Shown one piece after another: positions 6,956 to 12,097 of a DNA stretch of 12,097 nt (positions within the stretch are counted from its first letter, which is position 1; each line of letters opens with the position of its first letter). The notes under the pieces were generated by a model. It worked only from the letters and a program-made list of their open reading frames with translations, was not told where the DNA came from and ran no database searches. The position numbers and the translations under genes were made by a program. Location of the stretch: assembly GCA_016840465.1 (NCBI GenBank), contig JAEOSH010000059.1, positions 1 to 12,097 of the forward strand, given 5' to 3'. Origin of the DNA: Candidatus Baldrarchaeum yapensis (GTDB lineage: Archaea; Asgardarchaeota; Baldrarchaeia; Baldrarchaeales; Baldrarchaeaceae).

Positions 6956-8968
6956 ATGAAGTTGGAGGACATAAAGACGATCGCAGTGCTCGGCGCCGGA
7001 ACCATGGGTCACGGCATTGCGCAGATATGTGCGATGGCGGGCTTTAACGTGAACCTCATGGATATCAAGGAGGAAATTCTCAAGGGTGCGATGGAGAAAA
7101 TCAAGTGGAGTCTTTCAAAGTTCGTTGAAAAGAGGAGGATCTCACAGGAGCAGGCGGATCAGGCCTTCTCCAGAATAAAGACAATGACGTCTCTGGAGGA
7201 GGCCGTTAAGAACGCGGACTTCGTAATAGAGGCGGTTCCCGAAAATCTGGATCTTAAGAAAAAAGTCTTTGCAGATGTCGATAAAAATGCACCCCCGCAC
7301 ACAATAATCGCAAGCAACACAAGTTCACTTCCAATTCCGGAGATGGCCGATGCCACCAACAGACCAGATAAAGTCGTGGGCATGCACTTCTTCAATCCGC
7401 CACAGATGATGTTGCTGGTCGAGGTAATCTCTCATGACAAGTGCAGTGAGGACACTGTCAAGGTCACGGTGGATCTTGCGAAGAAGTTGGGCAAGGTTCC
7501 GATAATTGTCCGAAAGTACGTTCCTGGGTTCGTTGTGAACAGAATCCTTGGTGCGTACACTTGGGAAGCGGCATGGATGGTGTATCGTGGAGAGGCGACG
7601 CCCGTTGAGATAGATTCCGCGCTCATGTACAAGGTAGGGCTCCCAATGGGGCCATTTGAGCTTGCAGATCTCGTGGGACTAGACATCTATGTGGCACAGG
7701 AGAAGATGGCTCCTCTTCTTCAGAAGTATGAGCCTCGCCCGAGGCCCATATGCCCGCTATTCTCCGAGTATGTAAAAGAAGGGAAGCTTGGTAGGAAGGT
7801 TGGTAAGGGATTCTACGAGTACAAGAAGACCGAGGCGGGATGGGAGAGGCCCTCTATCCCGAGAGAGGCTGGAGAGAAAATTGATCCTGTATGGATCATG
7901 GCGCTGGCAGTAAATGAGGCGGCGGCACTCATAAGAACCGGGATTGCAACAAGGGATGACATAGAGACTGGAGTGAAGCTTGGGCTTGGTTTCCCAAGGG
8001 GAATACTCGAAATGGCGGACGAGTGGGGAATTGACAGGATAGTCGAGGTGCTGAGGGAGAAGCAGAAGAAGTATCCCGACCTCAAGGACGTCTATGAGCC
8101 GGATCCTCTGCTTGTGGATATGGTGAACAAGGGACAACTGGGTAAGAAGAGCGGCAAAGGATTTTATGACTACGAGAAGCCCACCGAGTTCAGAACCATA
8201 ATTGCAAAGAAGGAGCCTCCAATCGGATGGATAATCCTCAATAGGCCTGAGAGACTCAATGCGATAAACGCCGAAATGATCGAGGAGATAAGCCGCGCAC
8301 TTGACATGTTCGAGGAAGATAAGGACGTAAGAGTGGTTGTCTTCAAGGGCGCAGGGGATAGGGCGTTCTCCGCGGGGGCGGATGTCACGACGTTCAGGTT
8401 CCAGCCGCCGGCGTTCAACACCGCGGTCTTCACGTTCAGGATGCACAGGCTCACCCAGAAGATAGAGTGGTACCCCAAGATAGTGATCGCCGCAATCAAC
8501 GGATACGCCCTCGGGGGCGGACTGGAGCTCGCGATGGCCTGCGACCTCAGAATTGCAAGCGACAAGTCCCAGCTCGGGCAGCCCGAGGTCAACCTCGGAA
8601 TAATACCCGGATGGGGCGGAACCCAGAGGCTTGCGAGGATAGTGGGCCCCGCCAAGGCCAAGGAGCTCTGCCTCCTTGGCGAGAGAATCCCGGCGGAGGA
8701 GGCATACAAACTGGGACTTGTGAACAAGGTTGTCCCGGCGGAAAAGTTCGACGAGGAGGTAAAGAACTTCGCAATGAGGATAGCGGAGGGCGCGCCGCTT
8801 GCCCAGCGCGCGATAAAGTACGCGGTGAACTTCGGATGGCAGGCGCCCCTCAGCACGGGCCTGATGCTCGAGGCAATGGGACTGGCCCTGGCGGCGAACA
8901 CGAAGGACGCGATAGAGGGAGTGACGGCGTTCCTCCAGAAGAGAAAGCCGAAGTTCAAGGGAGAGTAA
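6956..8968 (+). CDS. Bifunctional 3-hydroxyacyl-CoA dehydrogenase / enoyl-CoA hydratase (archaeal HAD-N, ECH-C fusion; crotonyl-CoA hydratase/3-hydroxybutyryl-CoA dehydrogenase-like)
   Basis: Rossmann motif VLGAGTMGHGIAQ, SNTSSL and GMHFFNPP. Two tandem 3HCDH C-domains, each ending in G.LG.K.GKGFY.Y. The crotonase domain has AFSAGAD, GGGLELAMACD and GQPEVNLGIIPGWGGTQRL, so both catalytic Glu are present. ATG 6956 follows GGTGGGAG; the track start at 6896 is probably too long. Confidence 0.95.
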   Translation: MKLEDIKTIAVLGAGTMGHGIAQICAMAGFNVNLMDIKEEILKGAMEKIKWSLSKFVEKRRISQEQADQAFSRIKTMTSLEEAVKNADFVIEAVPENLDLKKKVFADVDKNAPPHTIIASNTSSLPIPEMADATNRPDKVVGMHFFNPPQMMLLVEVISHDKCSEDTVKVTVDLAKKLGKVPIIVRKYVPGFVVNRILGAYTWEAAWMVYRGEATPVEIDSALMYKVGLPMGPFELADLVGLDIYVAQEKMAPLLQKYEPRPRPICPLFSEYVKEGKLGRKVGKGFYEYKKTEAGWERPSIPREAGEKIDPVWIMALAVNEAAALIRTGIATRDDIETGVKLGLGFPRGILEMADEWGIDRIVEVLREKQKKYPDLKDVYEPDPLLVDMVNKGQLGKKSGKGFYDYEKPTEFRTIIAKKEPPIGWIILNRPERLNAINAEMIEEISRALDMFEEDKDVRVVVFKGAGDRAFSAGADVTTFRFQPPAFNTAVFTFRMHRLTQKIEWYPKIVIAAINGYALGGGLELAMACDLRIASDKSQLGQPEVNLGIIPGWGGTQRLARIVGPAKAKELCLLGERIPAEEAYKLGLVNKVVPAEKFDEEVKNFAMRIAEGAPLAQRAIKYAVNFGWQAPLSTGLMLEAMGLALAANTKDAIEGVTAFLQKRKPKFKGE

Positions 8969-8995
8969 AGGATCTACGTCTTCAGAAGGATCTAC
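8968..8995 (+). repeat. 10-bp direct repeat filling the convergent intergenic gap
   Basis: AAGGATCTAC at 8968-8977 and again at 8986-8995, separated by GTCTTCAG. Confidence 0.8.
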
Positions 8996-9738
8996 TACTT
9001 TTTTCTGCACACCGGACAATCCTCTCTTTTTTGAACACTTATTTCTTCGAAAGTCATGGTGGTTCCGTCGTAAATTACCATTTTGCCCACTGCGGGTTGT
9101 CCGTATCCTGTTAATATTTTTACCGCCTCTGTTACCTGCATCATTGCCAGAATTCCCGGTGTTGTGCCGAGTACGGGGAACACCTCGGCTGACGGTGGGG
9201 GTTCTGGGATTACGCACTGAAGACATGGCCCCTTTCCTGGAATTATAACGAGCATCTGGCCATGCATCCCGTAAACGCCCGCATGTATGAACGGTCTTCC
9301 GACCTCGACACATACTCTGTTGATAAGATATCTGGTTTCCCAATTGTCCATCCCATCTATCACCAAATCCACTCTCTTTACGAGATCCATAATGTTACTC
9401 TCGTTTATTTCAGCAAACACCTCCTCAACCTCGACGTGAGGGTTCAATTTCCGCAATTTCTCCGCCGCTGACCTTACTTTTGGCGTCCCAATATCTCCGG
9501 TCCAGTGGAGGATCTGCCGGTTCAGATTGCTCAGCTCCACCCTTTCCTTATCAACCAGTACTATCTTCCCAACACCCGCCGCCGCAAGGTAAAGCGCAGC
9601 CGGGGATCCAAGACCGCCGACCCCTGCGACCATTACGGCTGCATTCTTGAGGCGCTGTTGCCCCTCCCTCCCGAATATCCTTATCTGCCTATCATAACGG
9701 GCAAGTTCCTCCTCTGACAGACCCGCCAATGCACTCAC
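8995..9738 (-). CDS. HesA/MoeB/ThiF family E1-like adenylyltransferase
   Basis: Motifs RYDRQI, VAGVGGLGS, VELSNLNRQ and DGMDNWETRY, plus Zn pairs CLQC and CPVC. The start is GTG 9738 or TTG 9729 (GGTGA 5 nt upstream of the latter). Confidence 0.93.
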   Translation of the reverse strand: MSALAGLSEEELARYDRQIRIFGREGQQRLKNAAVMVAGVGGLGSPAALYLAAAGVGKIVLVDKERVELSNLNRQILHWTGDIGTPKVRSAAEKLRKLNPHVEVEEVFAEINESNIMDLVKRVDLVIDGMDNWETRYLINRVCVEVGRPFIHAGVYGMHGQMLVIIPGKGPCLQCVIPEPPPSAEVFPVLGTTPGILAMMQVTEAVKILTGYGQPAVGKMVIYDGTTMTFEEISVQKREDCPVCRKK

Positions 9739-9747
9739 CGCGAAGCG

Positions 9748-9774
9748 TTTTGCACAATTAGTTTGTGTGCAAAA
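9748..9774. promoter_or_regulatory. Perfect 9-bp inverted repeat (operator or hairpin candidate) upstream of the thiF/moeB-like gene
   Basis: TTTTGCACA-attagtttg-TGTGCAAAA in the 48-bp gap between the sufB stop and the thiF-like start. It abuts a minus-strand TTATATTT. Confidence 0.45.
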
Positions 9775-9786
9775 ATATAATCAAGC

Positions 9787-11055
9787 TTATCCTTTTGCCA
9801 TACGGGCTGCCATCTCCAGTGTGGAGATCGCCGCGAATCTCAAACTCTCGGGAAGATGCTGTAAGCCAGCATCTATGAAGCCCCTGACAAGTAGGGCTGT
9901 GGCCTCATCCTCATTAAACCCCTTCATCATGAGGTATATCATTTCCTCCTCGGAAATCCTCCCCAGCGCGGCCTCATGCGTTAACTCAACATCGTTGAAC
10001 TTGGACTTCAATGAAGGGATCGCCTCCGCCTCGGCGCTATCGGATAAAAGTAGGCCTCTGCACTCAAGATGTCCCCGCACCTTCTGAGCCTCGGCAATGA
10101 GCTGACCGCGCATTATGACCTTGGCGGAATCACGAATGACGCTTCTCGACGTAATTTCTCCGCGTGCATTCTCCCCTCTGAAGATTATGCGCCCACCGAC
10201 ATCCATGAAAGCGGAACCCCTTCCCAGCACTATTGTTGTCAGATAGCTGCACGCATTTCGGTGTTCTATCACAGTGGGGAGCATTTGCAGGCTCTTGACG
10301 GAATGCATGTTGATGTAGTAATTGACAAAGGTTCCTCCTTCTTCGACCACAACGGCGGCCCTAGGCCTCACATGGAACTCCGGAGCCCACCCGTGGATCA
10401 TTGTGAAGGTGACCCTTGCTCCCCGCTTGACAAAGAATTCGGAGACCCCTATATGTAAACCCCTATTTGCGGTGGTTGCACACCCGGTAATCAAATTGAG
10501 TTCGGAGTTCTCGTCGGCAATTATTATGTTGTGAACCGCCTGAGCGCCGCGGTGGCACGACATGAGAAGGCATGTTTGCACTGGGATCTCTATCTTTACG
10601 TTAGGTGGAACATAAATGAAGTACCCGTGCTGGCGGAAGACCTCGGCCGCGGCAGTATACTTATCCTGATCTACTGGAATCGCGCTCCAGTAGTAGTCCT
10701 TGAGCCAGTTGAACTTCCTCAAAGCCTCCGAAATCGGGGCCACGATTAGTCCTCTTTCTCTCAACCACTTGAGTACTGTGGATCTGAGCACGCGGCCATC
10801 TATCTGCAGATATGTACCACTTACTCTCCGCTCATTCACGTCTATGCCAACGGCCTCCCCGGCCTTTCTGAGGTCGGGTGGCAGACTCTCTACGGGTTCG
10901 TTCTCCACATCTCCCTCTTCCTCGAAGTTGAACTCTTCCAGGTCAATATCTGGGCCGTATGGAGCCCTTTTCCTCAAAGCCTCCTTAGCGTTTCTCAGAA
11001 GGTTATTTAATCGCCCTTCCACTTTCGACCACTCCGTACTTCTCAAACTTCTCAT
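9787..11055 (-). CDS. sufB: SufB/SufD-family Fe-S scaffold (SmsB-type, single-copy archaeal form)
   Basis: 422 aa beta-helix protein with the archaeal N-terminal GPDIDL, VHNIIIA..NSEL.LITGC, GHLECRGLLL and ELTHEAALGRISEEE..YLM.KG..EDEA..LLVRGF. The true start may be downstream (e.g. GTG 11022), since ATG 11055 overlaps sufC by 53 nt. Confidence 0.92.
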   Translation of the reverse strand: MRSLRSTEWSKVEGRLNNLLRNAKEALRKRAPYGPDIDLEEFNFEEEGDVENEPVESLPPDLRKAGEAVGIDVNERRVSGTYLQIDGRVLRSTVLKWLRERGLIVAPISEALRKFNWLKDYYWSAIPVDQDKYTAAAEVFRQHGYFIYVPPNVKIEIPVQTCLLMSCHRGAQAVHNIIIADENSELNLITGCATTANRGLHIGVSEFFVKRGARVTFTMIHGWAPEFHVRPRAAVVVEEGGTFVNYYINMHSVKSLQMLPTVIEHRNACSYLTTIVLGRGSAFMDVGGRIIFRGENARGEITSRSVIRDSAKVIMRGQLIAEAQKVRGHLECRGLLLSDSAEAEAIPSLKSKFNDVELTHEAALGRISEEEMIYLMMKGFNEDEATALLVRGFIDAGLQHLPESLRFAAISTLEMAARMAKG

Positions 11056-11749
11056 ATCCGTACCTCAGAATTTTCTCCATTATTGACGGATCCCCGCTGT
11101 ATACGATTTTGCCGTTGATCATCACATGTATCACGTCCAATCGCCTAAGATAGCGCAAGATGTGGCCAGTATGCGTAACTAGAAGGACGGAGGAACCCGC
11201 ATCTATCAGCCTGTTTATCATCGATGCTATAACGCTCAGGCTGTCAATATCGACCCCGCTATCCGGCTCATCCAGTAACGCGAGCCTCGGCCTCTGAAGA
11301 AGTGTGATGAACAGTTCCGTCTTCTTCATCTCCCCACCGCTGAACCCGTGAAACAATTCTCTTCCCACCAGTTGGCGGATGCCCAATTCGTCAATAACGG
11401 AATCCGCGTTGGAGCCGAACTCCTCAGAGAGTTTATCAATGAAGTAACCGAGTTTTATCCCGATTCGCGGAGGGTTTTGGAATGCCAGTGCGATTCCAAG
11501 TTTAACCCGTTCATATGGCTTCAAATCGTTGATTTTTACTCCATTGAACAGAATAGAACCCCGCACAATTTCGTATCTCGGATCTCCCATTATTGTCTTC
11601 AGCAATGCGGACTTTCCGGCGGCATTTGGCCCCATAAGCACGCCCACATCGCCTTCACGTATACTCAAGTTGACGCCGTGCAGTATTTCCTTCCCGCCAG
11701 CGCGGACACTGAGATCCCTTACTTCCAGCAGGTTGCTCATTCGAATCAT
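11003..11749 (-). CDS. sufC: SufC-family ABC ATPase (SmsC-type)
   Basis: Walker A GPNAAGKS, Q-loop FQNPP, signature FSGGE, Walker B/D-loop LLDEPDSGVD and H-loop LVTH. It lies directly upstream of the sufB-like gene. Start is ATG 11749 or 11740. Confidence 0.93.
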   Translation of the reverse strand: MIRMSNLLEVRDLSVRAGGKEILHGVNLSIREGDVGVLMGPNAAGKSALLKTIMGDPRYEIVRGSILFNGVKINDLKPYERVKLGIALAFQNPPRIGIKLGYFIDKLSEEFGSNADSVIDELGIRQLVGRELFHGFSGGEMKKTELFITLLQRPRLALLDEPDSGVDIDSLSVIASMINRLIDAGSSVLLVTHTGHILRYLRRLDVIHVMINGKIVYSGDPSIMEKILRYGYEKFEKYGVVESGRAIK

Positions 11750-11796
11750 CTCATCGGTACGAGTCTACAACCAGTTCCCTACGATTTGTAGGTTCA

Positions 11797-11804
11797 TATA
11801 TAAA
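11797..11804 (-). promoter_or_regulatory. TATA box for the sufC-sufB(-thiF) unit
   Basis: Minus-strand TTTATATA, a consensus archaeal TATA box, about 48 nt upstream of ATG 11749 in an AT-rich intergenic region. Confidence 0.55.
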
Positions 11805-11986
11805 TATTTGCTACTAGATGTAAAATCCGATAGAAACAGCAATTATGCCATTCGCGAAATTTGACAGTCGAGGTGGATGGACAATAACAATTAACGATCT
11901 ATCACGGTCAGTTATTGAACTTTCGCGCTAATGATATACCTAATCGGAAAATCCGGTATTCGTCATTAAAAATTGTTCTGAAACGT

Positions 11987-12097
11987 CTAGTACTCGTCTT
12001 CCCTCACGATGTTCCGGGAGATCAAAGTTATGTTATTGTCCCGACAGAACTCCTGCGCCTTGTCCGTAGCCTCCACCGCGATTATCACCTTCTCTGC
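11987..12097 (-). CDS. 3' end of a gene entering from the right edge; possibly a PD-(D/E)XK/restriction-endonuclease-like C-terminus
   Basis: Hand translation gives ...AEKVIIAVEATDKAQEFCRDNNITLISRNIVREDEY* (stop 11987-11989). The strand-helix-strand pattern 'IIA...A.EF....NI.LI' recalls Mrr-like/PD-(D/E)XK C-termini. Only 36 aa are visible. Confidence 0.5.
   Translation of the reverse strand, partial: AEKVIIAVEATDKAQEFCRDNNITLISRNIVREDEY

Noticed and set aside
1066-8968. Calling the window evidence of autotrophic HP/HB or DC/HB carbon fixation
   Set aside because: Both enzyme families also serve fermentation and beta-oxidation, the AbfD homolog has active-site substitutions, and no carboxylase or succinyl-CoA reductase is present.
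7757-9343. 528-aa antisense ORF, plus 8170-8958 (262 aa) and 8467-9114 (215 aa)
   Set aside because: Shadow frames of the HAD/ECH and thiF-like genes. The strong C/G third-position bias of 8340-8968 removes antisense stops, and the translations have no recognisable motifs.
11879-12041. 11-bp inverted repeat GGACAATAACA (11879-11889) / TGTTATTGTCC (12031-12041)
   Set aside because: One arm is inside a coding sequence, there is no target-site duplication or transposase, and it does not extend, so it was not called a MITE.
1-12097. CRISPR array, tRNA/rRNA, IS element or integrase
   Set aside because: No regularly spaced repeats, cloverleaf or rRNA-like tracts, or transposase/recombinase motifs were seen; nearly all sequence is accounted for by protein-coding genes.

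Overview
Gene-dense archaeal chromosomal segment, judged from GGTGA/GGAGG ribosome-binding sites, TTTATA boxes and archaeal-type gene families; the lineage cannot be fixed from sequence alone. From left to right: a clan AA (retropepsin-like) aspartic protease cut by the window edge; a frameshifted DUF217/VapB-type antitoxin with no intact toxin after it; an AbfD-family [4Fe-4S]/FAD 4-hydroxybutyryl-CoA dehydratase homolog; an intact RHH-PIN (VapBC) pair; and a minus-strand three-gene operon (small ATC-hydrolase/V4R-fold protein, FAD-binding oxidoreductase, HdrD/GlcF-like Fe-S/CCG protein). Then come a divergently transcribed 3-hydroxyacyl-CoA dehydrogenase/enoyl-CoA hydratase fusion, a ThiF/MoeB E1-like enzyme, a two-gene SufC-SufB (SmsCB-type) pair and the 3' end of a probable PD-(D/E)XK-like gene. 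No rRNA, tRNA, CRISPR array or transposase was seen. The interest lies in non-canonical residues inside familiar families. The AbfD homolog appears to lack a catalytic Glu. The flavoprotein lacks the GlcD/D-LDH metal ligands and looks VAO/p-cresol-methylhydroxylase-like. The SufC has no cysteine at all. The ECH half of the fusion gene also shows an abrupt compositional step.
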